64,000 nt of DNA from Planctomycetota bacterium (lineage in GTDB: Bacteria > Planctomycetota > UBA1135 > UBA2386): contig JBKAGP010000001.1 of NCBI GenBank assembly GCA_046290465.1, positions 4,576,001-4,640,000 of the forward strand, in the 5' to 3' direction. This document shows positions 8,776 through 19,982 of the stretch, one piece after another (the stretch's first letter is position 1; every line of letters begins with the position of its first letter). The translations under genes and the position numbers were made by a program. The notes below the pieces were generated by a model that saw nothing but the letters and a program-made list of their open reading frames with translations, made no database searches and was not told where the DNA came from.

Positions 8776-11267
8776 CCCCTCAGATCCTGAATGTCCGTGC
8801 ATGGATGTCGTTCGCCGCGGCATTTGTCCTGATCCACTCGGCGAGCGCGCAGGTGGCCGAGCCGGAGGCGGGCCTTGTCGCGCAAAACCAGGCGCGGCTC
8901 GACGCCAACAGCGACGTCGTGGTGCTCAACGTTGCAGCGCACCCGGATGACGAGTCGTCGCGCACCAACACGGTGCTCCGTCGCAAGCACGGTCTGCGCG
9001 TCGTGCAGGTCTACTCGACCTACGGGGATGGCGGGCAGAATGCCATTGGGCGCGAGATCGGTCCGGCGCTGGCGAAGATCCGCGTGCGCGAGACGCTGCG
9101 GGCTGCGGCCATGTCGGGTGCAGACGTGCGTTGGCTCGGCATGCCGGACTTCGGCTTCAGCAAGACCCGTGAGGAGACGTTGAAGTTCTGGGGCAGCGAG
9201 GAACTGCTCACTCGCATGCGCAAGGTGTTCGACGAGGTCGATCCCGACATCGTGATCACCAACCACTCGCTGGATCGCGGCCACGGCCACCACCGCGCGT
9301 CGATCTGGGCGGCGATCGAGCTGCTCAAGGAGCGCCAGGCGAACGGTCGATTCGTGCCGCGCCTCTACGCGCGGTGCGGGGTCGACAAGGCGCAGCTGGC
9401 GATCGTCACCGGCGAACTCGATCCGGCTCGCGGCAAGACCTATGCGCGGCTGGCGTGGGACGCCTGGACGCAGCACGAGAGTCAGGGCCCCTGGGGCGAA
9501 CACGACCCGCTGCGAGTCGGGCGCGACTACTGGCGCGTCGTCTACCCGGAGGGCGTTACGAAGCGCGATGCGGAAGACCTGTCACAGTGGGCTGCCCGAA
9601 AGCGTGGCCAGCAGAGTGAGCTGGTCGCCGAGGCTCGTCGTTGCCTCGCGGAGGGTGTCGGGCAAGGTGAGCTGCTGAGCGTCTTCCGCAAGGTCCACCA
9701 GCACTACGAGGATCTGCTTGTCACCAGCCGGCTGCTGACTGCGCAAGAAGTGCAGCTCAGCCGCCAGTACGCTCCCCTGCACGATGCCATGCAGCGCCTG
9801 TATCTGGCTCGATCCGGCGTTCGCGCCGAGGTCTGGTTGGATCGGGAAGACGTGCCGCGCGGTGGCGTCGGCAAGGGGTTCGTGGTCGTGCACGGGCACG
9901 AGCGCGTCTCGGACATCGTCGTGCGCAGCAATCGCGGCGGCGTAGGCGTGCCGATCACCAGGCCCGTGCGGCAGACCCCGTTCGACGACCGTCCGCGTCA
10001 GGCAGCACGGCCGACGGCGCCGGGACCTGCGCCGACGGTTTCGAAGCCGGCCGGTCCCGCACCGACGGGTCCTTTGCAGCCGGGCCCGGGAGGGCTACCG
10101 GCAGTGCCGAAATCGCCATCGCCGTCGGGCCAGGGGGCCGCAAACCCGCGGCAGGCGCCGCTTCCGGGGCGCTACGAGTTCACGTTTGCTTGCGCCTACG
10201 GCGCGGGCGACGAGGTGCCGGATGGCCCTGAGCCGGACTTCGTGACGGTGTGGATCTACTTCGTGCTCGACGGTCAGAAGTTCATGATCAGCGAGCGCCT
10301 TCCGTACACCCCGGTCGAACCGGTCGAGCTGACCTTCGACCGCGAAGTCGTGCTGGTGCCGCGCGGCCAGAAGAGCGAACGGCTGCTCAGCGTGATCGCC
10401 GAGAGCCACCTGGACGCGCCGGTTGCTGCCGCGGTGCAGCTGCAGATGGGGCCCGGGATCGAAGCTGCGGCGACCCCGAGCCGGCTGACGTTGACCAACG
10501 AACAGCGCGAGGCGCGCATCCAGGTGCGCGCGACCATCGACGCGACCGAGATGACCGCCGACGCCGGCCTCGCGATCGGCTTCGACGACGGCAACGTGCG
10601 CCTGCCGCTGCGGCTGATCGACGTGACCGTTCCCGAAGGCCTCAACGTCGCGCTGGTGCGCGGCCCCGAGGACTCGACCGAGCGCACGCTCGCCGACCTC
10701 GGCATCCCGTTCACCAACCTCGACCGCGACGCGCTGGTCGCCGCCAACCTCGACGAGTTCTCGGTCGTGCTGCTCGACATCCGCGCCTACCACCACCGGC
10801 CGGAGCTGGCCGAGGTGCGCGAGCGCCTGCAGCAGTTCTGCCGCGGCGGGGGACGGGTGGTGTCGATGTACCACAAGCCGCGCGAGTGGAACGCCAAGGA
10901 AGGCCACCCGCTGCTGTCGCCGTTCGCGCTGACCGTCGGCAACGAGCGCGTCACCGAGGAGGATGCCGAGGTCCAGCTGCTCGCCCCCGGGCACCGGCTG
11001 ATGAGCTACCCGCACCAGATCGTCGCGGCGGACTTCGACGGGTGGGTGCAGGAGCGCGGCCTGAACTTCCCGCGCACGTGGGACGACGCCTGGACGCCGA
11101 TGCTCGGCATGAAGGACACCGGCGAGGACAAGCTGCACCACGGCTCGCTGCTCTACACCAGCTACGGCAAGGGTGACTTCGTGTATTGCTCGCTGTCGCT
11201 GTATCGCCAGCTGCGCAAGGGCAACCCGGGTGCGGTGCGGCTGCTGGTGAACCTGCTGTCGAAGTAG
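8772..11267 (+). CDS. Secreted PIG-L/LmbE family deacetylase with C-terminal glutamine amidotransferase-like domain
   Basis: AAHPDDE, GDGGQNAIG, DFGFSKT, GHGHHRA; C-terminal DFDGWVQERGL and LSLYRQL motifs. Confidence 0.85.
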   Translation: MTPQILNVRAWMSFAAAFVLIHSASAQVAEPEAGLVAQNQARLDANSDVVVLNVAAHPDDESSRTNTVLRRKHGLRVVQVYSTYGDGGQNAIGREIGPALAKIRVRETLRAAAMSGADVRWLGMPDFGFSKTREETLKFWGSEELLTRMRKVFDEVDPDIVITNHSLDRGHGHHRASIWAAIELLKERQANGRFVPRLYARCGVDKAQLAIVTGELDPARGKTYARLAWDAWTQHESQGPWGEHDPLRVGRDYWRVVYPEGVTKRDAEDLSQWAARKRGQQSELVAEARRCLAEGVGQGELLSVFRKVHQHYEDLLVTSRLLTAQEVQLSRQYAPLHDAMQRLYLARSGVRAEVWLDREDVPRGGVGKGFVVVHGHERVSDIVVRSNRGGVGVPITRPVRQTPFDDRPRQAARPTAPGPAPTVSKPAGPAPTGPLQPGPGGLPAVPKSPSPSGQGAANPRQAPLPGRYEFTFACAYGAGDEVPDGPEPDFVTVWIYFVLDGQKFMISERLPYTPVEPVELTFDREVVLVPRGQKSERLLSVIAESHLDAPVAAAVQLQMGPGIEAAATPSRLTLTNEQREARIQVRATIDATEMTADAGLAIGFDDGNVRLPLRLIDVTVPEGLNVALVRGPEDSTERTLADLGIPFTNLDRDALVAANLDEFSVVLLDIRAYHHRPELAEVRERLQQFCRGGGRVVSMYHKPREWNAKEGHPLLSPFALTVGNERVTEEDAEVQLLAPGHRLMSYPHQIVAADFDGWVQERGLNFPRTWDDAWTPMLGMKDTGEDKLHHGSLLYTSYGKGDFVYCSLSLYRQLRKGNPGAVRLLVNLLSK

Positions 11268-11288
11268 CGCGGCGTCGATCCGCCGTGG

Positions 11289-13271
11289 TCACGGCAGCCG
11301 CACGACGACGCGCGCGGTGTGGCTGGCCTCGATCGTCACGGTCTGGCGCCGTTCTCCCACCTGTTCGGCTCCACGTTGGCCGGCTCCACGTTGGCCGGCA
11401 CGGACGACGAGCTGGTAGCGGCCGGGCGGCAGCACGTCGACGAGTTTGCTGTCCGCGAGCGCCAGCAGTTGCCCCGGTCCGGCGATGCGCCGGTCGCCGG
11501 TGACCGACGTGCCGATCGTCTGCGGCGTGTGCACGGTGCCGGCGCCGTCGGTCAGCGTGAACGACGCCGCGATCGGGGTGTCGTTGGCGTCGTGCGCGAC
11601 CAGCCGCAGGCGGCCGCCGAGCGCGATGTCGAAGGTGTCGGAGAAACCGGTCGGTGGCACCGAGCACGAGGCCTCGTGGCGCAGGAGGTAGCGTGCGATG
11701 GGGTCGTCGGGGTCGGCCAGCACGTGCAGGCGGTAGTCGCCCGGCGGCACCTTCATCACGAACGGCTCGTCGCTGCGCGCACGCTGCACGTGGATCGTGC
11801 GCGGCCGGCCGCCGTCGAGCGGGTGCCACGCAAACGCCGCCCGCAGCGCCGTGCGTGCCGATCGCAGCGTGATGCGCGCCTCGGCCAACGCCTCGGTGTG
11901 CAGCGCGAGTCGGACGGTGGGCGGCCGCGTCGCCGGGTCGAGCGTGCGCGTCGGCGAGGCCCCCTGTGGAGCGCGCGCCTGGACCTCGACGGTGCGCTCG
12001 TCGAGCGTCACGACGAGCCGGCCGCTGGCGTCGGTCGGCAGCTCCATGCCGTCGATGGAGACGTGGCCGGAGACCGGGCGTTCGTCGTGCACGACCTCGA
12101 TCGTGATCGGGTCGCCCGGTGCGACCAGCTGCACGTGACCCGGTGCCGACACCGTGGTGCGCGGCTCGCCGGCGAGCAGCAGCGGGTTGCTCGCCGTGGC
12201 CGTGACGACGAACGGCACGCCCGGTGCGAGCCAGATCGAGAAGTCGCCGTTGGCGTCGGTCAGGCCCCAGCTCGTGCCGAACACGCGCGAGCCGTTCCAC
12301 AGCAGGTCGCCGCGCCAGCGCGCACCGCCGACCGGGTGCGGCACGCAGCGCACGTCGGCGATGCCGGCGCCGTCGGCGTAGGTGACCCGTCCGGTCAGCC
12401 GTGCGGCGCGTGCCAGGGTCAGGTCCGCGACTTGCCGCGGCAGGCCGAACGTGCCCGCGGTCCGCACGCAGGCCGGCACGATCGTCGCGTCGCCGGTGCG
12501 CTGGTCGAGGTCGGCGCGGGCGCCGGTCAGGCGCGCGACGTCGGGCGCGAAGCCGGTGAACGGCGTCGAGACGCGTTGCCCGGTGTCGACCGCGTCGGCG
12601 ACGAGCAGCAGCGGGACGTCCGGCGGCACGCGCAGCCGGTAGTCGCCGTTGGCGTCGGCGCCGGCCAGCGCGACCTCGGCTTCGGCCGGCCCGCTCGCGG
12701 TCATCGGGAACGCACGCACCCGGACCTGGCCGTCGTGTCCCGGCGGCCGCAGCACGCGGCCGCGCAGCAGCGCGATCGGCCGCACGGCGAACTCGTCCTC
12801 GCCGCGCAGCTGCAGGTCGTCGGTGCGCGTGTTGCCGTTGGCGATCTCGTAGTTGGGGTCGTCGGCGCGCACCTGCAACAACTGGAACGCCGGGTTGCGG
12901 GCCATCTTCGGCGGCGCAAACGTGCCGACGCCGCGTTCGTCGACGTCGACGTCGATGTGGCGGCGGCGCTCGACGATCAGCGTCAGCCGCGAGGTCCACG
13001 GCACGCTGGCATCGAGGCCGGTCAGGCGCACCGTCCAGAGCTCTGCAGCGCGCGGATCGGCGGCGCCGGCGATGCCACCCTCCAGCCGTTCGCGTTGTGG
13101 CGGATCGGCGCCTTGGTCGGCCGCTCGGGAAGGCGAGGCGTCCCGGGCCGACGCGTGCATCGGGGCCGGCGCGTCGTCCGGACGCAGGTCGCCGCCGCGC
13201 CACAGCCACCATGCCGCGAGCGAAGCCGCGAGGGTGACGACTGCGAACATCCACCGGCGCATCGGCGCCAC
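11289..13271 (-). CDS. Membrane-anchored protein with carboxypeptidase-regulatory-like (transthyretin-like) repeats
   Basis: N-terminal TM; repeated LRGRV...DANGDYRL, LTGRV...TDANGDFSI, VPPGDYRL. Confidence 0.6.
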   Translation of the reverse strand: MAPMRRWMFAVVTLAASLAAWWLWRGGDLRPDDAPAPMHASARDASPSRAADQGADPPQRERLEGGIAGAADPRAAELWTVRLTGLDASVPWTSRLTLIVERRRHIDVDVDERGVGTFAPPKMARNPAFQLLQVRADDPNYEIANGNTRTDDLQLRGEDEFAVRPIALLRGRVLRPPGHDGQVRVRAFPMTASGPAEAEVALAGADANGDYRLRVPPDVPLLLVADAVDTGQRVSTPFTGFAPDVARLTGARADLDQRTGDATIVPACVRTAGTFGLPRQVADLTLARAARLTGRVTYADGAGIADVRCVPHPVGGARWRGDLLWNGSRVFGTSWGLTDANGDFSIWLAPGVPFVVTATASNPLLLAGEPRTTVSAPGHVQLVAPGDPITIEVVHDERPVSGHVSIDGMELPTDASGRLVVTLDERTVEVQARAPQGASPTRTLDPATRPPTVRLALHTEALAEARITLRSARTALRAAFAWHPLDGGRPRTIHVQRARSDEPFVMKVPPGDYRLHVLADPDDPIARYLLRHEASCSVPPTGFSDTFDIALGGRLRLVAHDANDTPIAASFTLTDGAGTVHTPQTIGTSVTGDRRIAGPGQLLALADSKLVDVLPPGRYQLVVRAGQRGAGQRGAEQVGERRQTVTIEASHTARVVVRLP

Positions 13272-13307
13272 GCTATCCGATGCGCGGACGGCGCGAACCG
13301 GCCCGGG

Positions 13308-14078
13308 CTACTTCTTGTCGGCGAGCTGGCGCTTCAGTTCGCGCACTTCGCGCTCGAGCGCGTCCAGCCGCTGCATCAGCCGCTGCACCCCGTCCGGTCG
13401 GGGCTGGTCGGGTTGGCCGACCCGGGGCGCCGCCATCTGGTCGAGCGCCCCGATCGCCTGGATCGTCTGCGCGATCTGGTCGGCGTAGCCGTGCAGGATC
13501 AGCGAACGTTCGCCGACGAACGCGATCGTCGGCGCGCCCGGCTGCCACTGCCGCATCATCGCGAAGTGGCTGCGCAGGCCGCTGGCGACGTGTTGCGCGT
13601 CGACGTGGTCGACCGAGACCGTCGTCATCACCAGCTCGCGATAGTGCGGCCGCCGCAGCACGTCCTGCGGACGCCGCCACGGGATCGCCGACATCGGGTG
13701 CGAGTGGCCGCTGGGCTCGAGCGGCACGACCTGGTAGAGGCCGCGTCGTTCGTCGAGCGGCAGCGCGGCCAGGTTGCGCGTCGACAGCAGCGCGTAGAGC
13801 ACCTCTTCGCTGCCGAGCGCGTCCAGCGCCAGCTCGCGCTGCAGCCGGAACGGTGCGCGCTCCATCACGACGTTGGGATCGTAGAGGTAGTTGCGGCACA
13901 GGTAGCCGGCGGTCGCCTCGATCAGCTCGGCGACCGAGAACTCGCCGGCCGGCAGCACCATGCCGTGCTTGCCGGTGACGATGTCGCCGTGGCGCTCGGT
14001 GCCGCGCACGAGCACCTCGACGCTCTGCGCACCCGCCGGAGCGGCGAGCGCGCATGCGAGCAGGGCGAGGCGGAGCAT
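13308..14078 (-). CDS. Secreted secretin N-terminal (GspD N0/N1-like) domain protein with C-terminal coiled coil; no secretin barrel
   Basis: ELIEATAGYLCRNYLYDP (N0-like), TTVSVDHVDAQHVASGLR and SLILHGYADQIAQTIQAIGALD (Secretin_N-like); 256 aa. Confidence 0.65.
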   Translation of the reverse strand: MLRLALLACALAAPAGAQSVEVLVRGTERHGDIVTGKHGMVLPAGEFSVAELIEATAGYLCRNYLYDPNVVMERAPFRLQRELALDALGSEEVLYALLSTRNLAALPLDERRGLYQVVPLEPSGHSHPMSAIPWRRPQDVLRRPHYRELVMTTVSVDHVDAQHVASGLRSHFAMMRQWQPGAPTIAFVGERSLILHGYADQIAQTIQAIGALDQMAAPRVGQPDQPRPDGVQRLMQRLDALEREVRELKRQLADKK

Positions 14079-14082
14079 CGCG

Positions 14083-14820
14083 CTACTTCGCCTTCTTCAG
14101 CAGGGCGTCGATGCGCTTCTCGAGCTTCGCGATGCGGGCCTCGAGCTTCTCGACGTACTGCGGCATCGGTTGGCCCTGGTAGCCTTCGACCGGCTGCTCG
14201 ACGTCACACAGGCGGATCATGCGGATCGCCTGCGCGACCTGGTCCTGGAAGCCCTGCAGGAGCAGCGACGACCGGTTGCCGACGTTGCCGATCGACAGGT
14301 AGCTGCCGGCATGGCCGCCGCCGCTGTGGGCGAAGAACGGCCGCAGGGCGTTGTTCGCGAGCTGGGCGTTGATGTGGTTGAGCTTGACGACCGTGATCAC
14401 CATCGCCTTGAGTTCGGGCCGCGCGAGGATCTCCTCGTTCGACTTGTGGGTGGCGCTGTTGGCAATCTCACGACCGCGCTGGCCGGCCATCATGATGACC
14501 TCGTAGACGTCGCGCTTGGGGTCGATCGGGGTCACGGCGAAGCCCTTGCGGTAGAGCAACCCGTAGAGCAGTTCCTCGCAGCCGTCGAGGTCGGTGACGA
14601 TCTGCCGCTGCAGCTTGGTGCGCGCAGGCCCGGCGGCTCCGGACGTGACCTCCTGGTCGTTGTAGAGGATGTTCCACTCGAGGTAGCTGGCGCAGGCGTC
14701 GATCAGGTCGGTGATCGTGATCTCTCCGGCGGGCAGCACGAACGGGTCCTTCTGCTTGCTCTCCTGCGCGAAGGCGGGGGCGGCGAGCAGCATCAGCGAC
14801 ATCATGGCGAGGGTCTTCAT
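14083..14820 (-). CDS. Paralogous secretin N-terminal domain protein with C-terminal coiled coil
   Basis: DLIDACASYLEWNILYND, TVVKLNHINAQLANNALRP, SLLLQGFQDQVAQAIRMIRLCD; RBS AGGAG; 245 aa. Confidence 0.7.
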   Translation of the reverse strand: MKTLAMMSLMLLAAPAFAQESKQKDPFVLPAGEITITDLIDACASYLEWNILYNDQEVTSGAAGPARTKLQRQIVTDLDGCEELLYGLLYRKGFAVTPIDPKRDVYEVIMMAGQRGREIANSATHKSNEEILARPELKAMVITVVKLNHINAQLANNALRPFFAHSGGGHAGSYLSIGNVGNRSSLLLQGFQDQVAQAIRMIRLCDVEQPVEGYQGQPMPQYVEKLEARIAKLEKRIDALLKKAK

Positions 14821-14857
14821 CGGTTCTCCTTGGGTCTTCGTCAGGTCTGTTGGTGGT

Positions 14858-15024
14858 CTACTTGCGGGTGTGTTCCTGCAGCGCCTCGATGCGCTGCTCG
14901 AGTTCTCGGAGGCGCTTCGTCAGGCGTTCGATGCGGTCGGGTAGCCCGGCTTCGCCGTCGCCTCCTGCGACAGGAGCGGCGCGGCGGTGCGCAGCAGCAA
15001 CAGCGTCGGGATGTGGGGCTTCAT
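14858..15024 (-). pseudogene. Internally deleted, frameshifted third secretin-N paralog
   Basis: Signal-like MKPHIPTLLLLRTAAPLLSQEATAKPGY joined out of frame to DRIERLTKRLRELEQRIEALQEHTRK*, which resembles the coiled-coil tails of the two neighbours. Confidence 0.6.
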
Positions 15025-15102
15025 CGGTATTCTCGGCGCGCTGGGACGTGCCTCGCGGTTCGGTTCTTCCCCGCGAACCGCGGGTTCGGCTACGGTCGCA
15101 AC

Positions 15103-15909
15103 ATGCGTGCCCCCGTGCTGCTCCCGCTGCTGGCCGTCGCCTGCGCCGTGGCGCCCAAGCCTGCTCCCGACCCGGCGTTGCGGTTGCATGGGCACAACGA
15201 CTATCTGCAGCCGGTGCCGCTGGTGCGCGCGCTCGAGCTCGGCCTCGGTAGCCTCGAGGCGGACATCTTCCTCGTCGACGGCGAGCTGCGCGTCGGCCAC
15301 GAGCGCTGGCAGCTGCGTCCCGGTCGCACGCTGCAGTCGATGTACCTCGACCCGCTGCTGGCAGCGTTCCGCCGATGCGGCTCGCTGCGCAGCGACGGCC
15401 AGCCGCTGGTGCTGCTCGTCGACGTCAAGGCCGACGGCGACAAGGTCTACACCGAACTGCGCGACGTGCTGCCTCGCTACCGGGACATGCTGTCGCGCTT
15501 CGTGGACGGTCGCGTCGAGCCGGGCGCCGTCACGGTCCTGCTGTCCGGCAACCGTCCGGTGTCGACGGTCGCCGCCGATGCCGAGCGCTGGTGCGCGATC
15601 GACGGCAGGCTGCGCGACCTCGACCGACGCCCGCCGCCGCCGGCGCACCTGGTGCCGTGGGTCAGCAGTTCCTGGCGGTCGATCTCGGACTGGACCGGCT
15701 CCGACGACCTGATGCCGCACGAGATCGAGCGCATCACCGACCTCGTCACGCGGGCGCACCGTCAGGGCCGCGAGCTGCGCTTCTGGGGTGCGCCGGATCG
15801 GCGCGAGGCGTGGGGTGCGTTCTACGACCTCGGAGTCGACCGCATCGGCAGCGACCAGCCGAAGAAGGCTGCGGCGTGGCTGCGCAGCGAACGCGGCGGC
15901 GCGCGGTGA
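15103..15909 (+). CDS. PI-PLC/GDPD superfamily phosphodiesterase (Aim6-like), probable lipoprotein
   Basis: HGHNDY, SLEADIFLVDGELRVGH, LLVDVK, ELRFWGAPD, GVDRIGSD; LAVAC lipobox. Confidence 0.8.
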   Translation: MRAPVLLPLLAVACAVAPKPAPDPALRLHGHNDYLQPVPLVRALELGLGSLEADIFLVDGELRVGHERWQLRPGRTLQSMYLDPLLAAFRRCGSLRSDGQPLVLLVDVKADGDKVYTELRDVLPRYRDMLSRFVDGRVEPGAVTVLLSGNRPVSTVAADAERWCAIDGRLRDLDRRPPPPAHLVPWVSSSWRSISDWTGSDDLMPHEIERITDLVTRAHRQGRELRFWGAPDRREAWGAFYDLGVDRIGSDQPKKAAAWLRSERGGAR

Positions 15910-16111
15910 GCAGCCGCAGTCGGGTCCGCGGACCTTCAGGTCGCGCAGCCCGTCGCTCGGCCCGGTGAAGACGAGATGGCCGAGGCGGCTTTCGCGTGCG
16001 CCGCGCGGGTCGACCACGCCGTCCCGGCTTGCGCCGGGCAGCAGCGTGGCCATCGTCGCGATTTGTCGGTTTTGTTGCCTCTCGCGGCTTCGCTCCTGCA
16101 TCAGTAGGGGC

Positions 16112-16693
16112 GTGGCCCGTCCTCCCGAACCGCACGACCCGACGCTCGACGCCGCCCGCATCCAATGGGTGCAGCGGCACCAGCGGGCGCTGTGGCGGTA
16201 CCTGGGTCTGCTCGGGGCGCGCGCGGACGAGGTCGAGGACGTGATGCAGGATGCGTTCGTTGCGCTGTTCCGTCGCTATCCGGACGAGCCGGCCGATGGC
16301 CAGGTGCGTCTGCTGCGGACGATCGCGCGGCGGCGGCTGTTTGAACTGCGGCGACGCGCGGCTCCGGCGGACGTCGCCTGGTCGGACGAGGTCGACGCCT
16401 TCCTGGCCGAGCGGGAGCAGGCGCTCTCCGACCAACGCGCCGAAGCGCTCGATGCGTGCCTCGACGAACTGGGGCCGCGCGCGCGGCGGGCGCTGGTGCT
16501 GCGCCACGCGGAGGACCGGTCGGTCGACCAGGTCGCGGCGTCGCTCGGCCTGCAGCGCACCGGCGCATTGAGCCTGCTGCAGCGCGCCCGCGATGGGTTG
16601 CGTTCTTGCCTGGAGCGGCGCGGGGCGGGCGCGGCGTCAGCGTCGACGACCCGCCGCGATTGCGAGCCTTCTCCCCTGCGAGCACGAACATGA
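16112..16693 (+). CDS. ECF sigma-70 factor
   Basis: Region 2 HQRALWRYL...EVEDVMQDAFV; region 4 CLDELGPRARRALVLRH...LQRARDGLRSCL. Confidence 0.85.
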   Translation: MARPPEPHDPTLDAARIQWVQRHQRALWRYLGLLGARADEVEDVMQDAFVALFRRYPDEPADGQVRLLRTIARRRLFELRRRAAPADVAWSDEVDAFLAEREQALSDQRAEALDACLDELGPRARRALVLRHAEDRSVDQVAASLGLQRTGALSLLQRARDGLRSCLERRGAGAASASTTRRDCEPSPLRART

Positions 16694-18450
16694 ACGATCC
16701 ACGATCCCACGGCGTCGAAGAGCGCCATCTCGACCTGTTGTTGGCCGAGCGACTCGGCGGTCGGCGTGCGCCGGATGTGGCGGCCAAGGTCGCCGCACGG
16801 CTCGAGGGCAGCCGGCCGGCGCGTCGTCGGTGGCAGCTGCGCACGTGGCTGCAGGCCGCGTGCGTGCTGCTCGGACTGATGGTCGTCGCCGCGATCCGGC
16901 TGACGATGCAGCCGGACGGTACCGCGCTGCAGCAGCCCGCGCTCGGGCCGGTCGTGACGGTGTCGTCGCTGCAGGAGATCGCGGCGCTGCCCGCCGATGC
17001 GGACCACGTGCGGCTGACGCTGCACACGCCGGAGGCGGTGCGCGCACTGACGCGGCTGCGCAAGCTGCGGCGTCTGGACGCGTCGTTCGACGTCGAGGCG
17101 AGCTTCCGCCCGCGGTCGATCGAACGGCCGAAGTTCTTTCCCGAGGCGGCGCGCTTCCTCGGCATGCTGACGAGCCTCGAACAGCTCGACATCAGCGGCC
17201 ACGCGCCGATTCGCGGGCTCGAGCAGCTGGCAACGCTGCAGCGCCTGACCAGCCTGCGGATCTACTACGCCTACCTGGATCCGGCGGGGCTGGCCGTGCT
17301 GCAGCGGTTGCCCAGGCTGGAGCACCTGCATCTCGAGGCGACGCTGCGCGTCGATCAGGACGAACCGCTGATCGACCTGCGCGACCCGGCCTACGGGTTC
17401 GTCGCGTTCCTGGAGAAGGGGCAGCTGCGGCGGTTGACGCTGACGGCCTGCATCACGGACGCGGCCGGCATCCGGGCGATCGCGAGCAACCCGCTCGAGC
17501 AGCTGCATCTCTACGGGCTGAGTCGGGGGCAGCGCGTCGGTCGTCACCGCAACGCGCTCGAGGCCGAGGCGTACGAGGCGGTTGGCGTGATCTCGACGCT
17601 GCGCGAGCTGTCGCTGGGGGACTCGGTCAACGAGAAGCTGCGCGGTGCATTTGCGTCGATGCCGGACCTGGTCAAGATGGACCTCGGCGGCGCCGACGGG
17701 CTGCACGGCACGGAGGCCGGTCGCGCGATCGCGCGCACGCCCAACCTGCGCACGCTGGGCATCGAGGGGTCGGACATCGACACGGCGGCGCTGCTCGGCG
17801 TGACCGAGGCCGAAGGCGTCGTCGAGCTCGAACTCGGCGGCTACGAGCAGATGACCGACGAGGTGCTGGCGGCGGTGGCGCGCATGCCGTCGCTGCGGGT
17901 GCTGGCGATGACGATCTCCAACCGGCTGACCGACGCGGGCATGCAGGTGCTGGCGACGACGAAGCTGGAGTCGTTCTCGATGGGCTACACCAAGAACCTG
18001 TCGGACGTCGGCGTCGTCGGGCTGCCGCGCGCACTCCGTCGACTCCGCGTGCACCAGAGTGACTTCGGATCGCGGTCGTTGGCGCGGTTCGACCAGCTGG
18101 TCGAGCTGGACCTGACCTTCTATCCCGACGACGGCCGCGAACTGTTCGACGAACTGGCGGACTCGGCCATGCGCGGCACGCTGCGCAAGCTGGTCCTGCG
18201 CGGCAGCGTCGCCCAGTTCGGCAGCCTGAAGCGCCTCGTCGAGCTGCCGGCGCTGCGGCACCTGGACCTGCGCGAGTGCAAGGGCGAACTGCCGCCCGAC
18301 CTGACCATGCTGCTGCGTGGCCGCGGGATCACCGTGCACCCCCCGCACGTTCGCGAACCGGCGCAGACCGAGGTGGCCGAGATCGACGAACTCCTCCGAA
18401 TCGTGCCCAACCCCAAGAACCCCCAACGAGGCGGCCGCCGACCCCGCTGA
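16690..18450 (+). CDS. Membrane-anchored leucine-rich-repeat protein, putative anti-sigma factor
   Basis: ATGA-coupled to the sigma; short cytoplasmic N-terminus, one TM, many LxxLxL repeats (LEQLDIS, LTSLRI, LRTLGI, LRHLDL). Confidence 0.7.
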   Translation: MNDPRSHGVEERHLDLLLAERLGGRRAPDVAAKVAARLEGSRPARRRWQLRTWLQAACVLLGLMVVAAIRLTMQPDGTALQQPALGPVVTVSSLQEIAALPADADHVRLTLHTPEAVRALTRLRKLRRLDASFDVEASFRPRSIERPKFFPEAARFLGMLTSLEQLDISGHAPIRGLEQLATLQRLTSLRIYYAYLDPAGLAVLQRLPRLEHLHLEATLRVDQDEPLIDLRDPAYGFVAFLEKGQLRRLTLTACITDAAGIRAIASNPLEQLHLYGLSRGQRVGRHRNALEAEAYEAVGVISTLRELSLGDSVNEKLRGAFASMPDLVKMDLGGADGLHGTEAGRAIARTPNLRTLGIEGSDIDTAALLGVTEAEGVVELELGGYEQMTDEVLAAVARMPSLRVLAMTISNRLTDAGMQVLATTKLESFSMGYTKNLSDVGVVGLPRALRRLRVHQSDFGSRSLARFDQLVELDLTFYPDDGRELFDELADSAMRGTLRKLVLRGSVAQFGSLKRLVELPALRHLDLRECKGELPPDLTMLLRGRGITVHPPHVREPAQTEVAEIDELLRIVPNPKNPQRGGRRPR

Positions 18451-18521
18451 CCACCGCATACCGAACCGGGTTCAGCGCTGAACCCGGTTCGGTATGCGGT
18501 GGTCGGTTCGGTATGCGGTGG

Positions 18522-18523
<2 letters not shown>
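18449..18523. repeat. 56-bp perfect palindrome (18449-18504) plus a 19-bp direct duplication; REP-like, possible bidirectional terminator
   Basis: gaccaccgcataccgaaccgggttcagc|gctgaacccggttcggtatgcggtggtc followed by ggttcggtatgcggtggtc; lies between convergent genes. Confidence 0.85.

Positions 18524-19974
<1,451 letters not shown>

Positions 19975-19982
<8 letters not shown>

Noticed and set aside
15910..16060. Minus-strand peptide MATLLPGASRDG...HLVFTGPSDGLRDLKV
   Set aside because: Runs antisense into the phosphodiesterase gene with no recognisable motif; at most a remnant.
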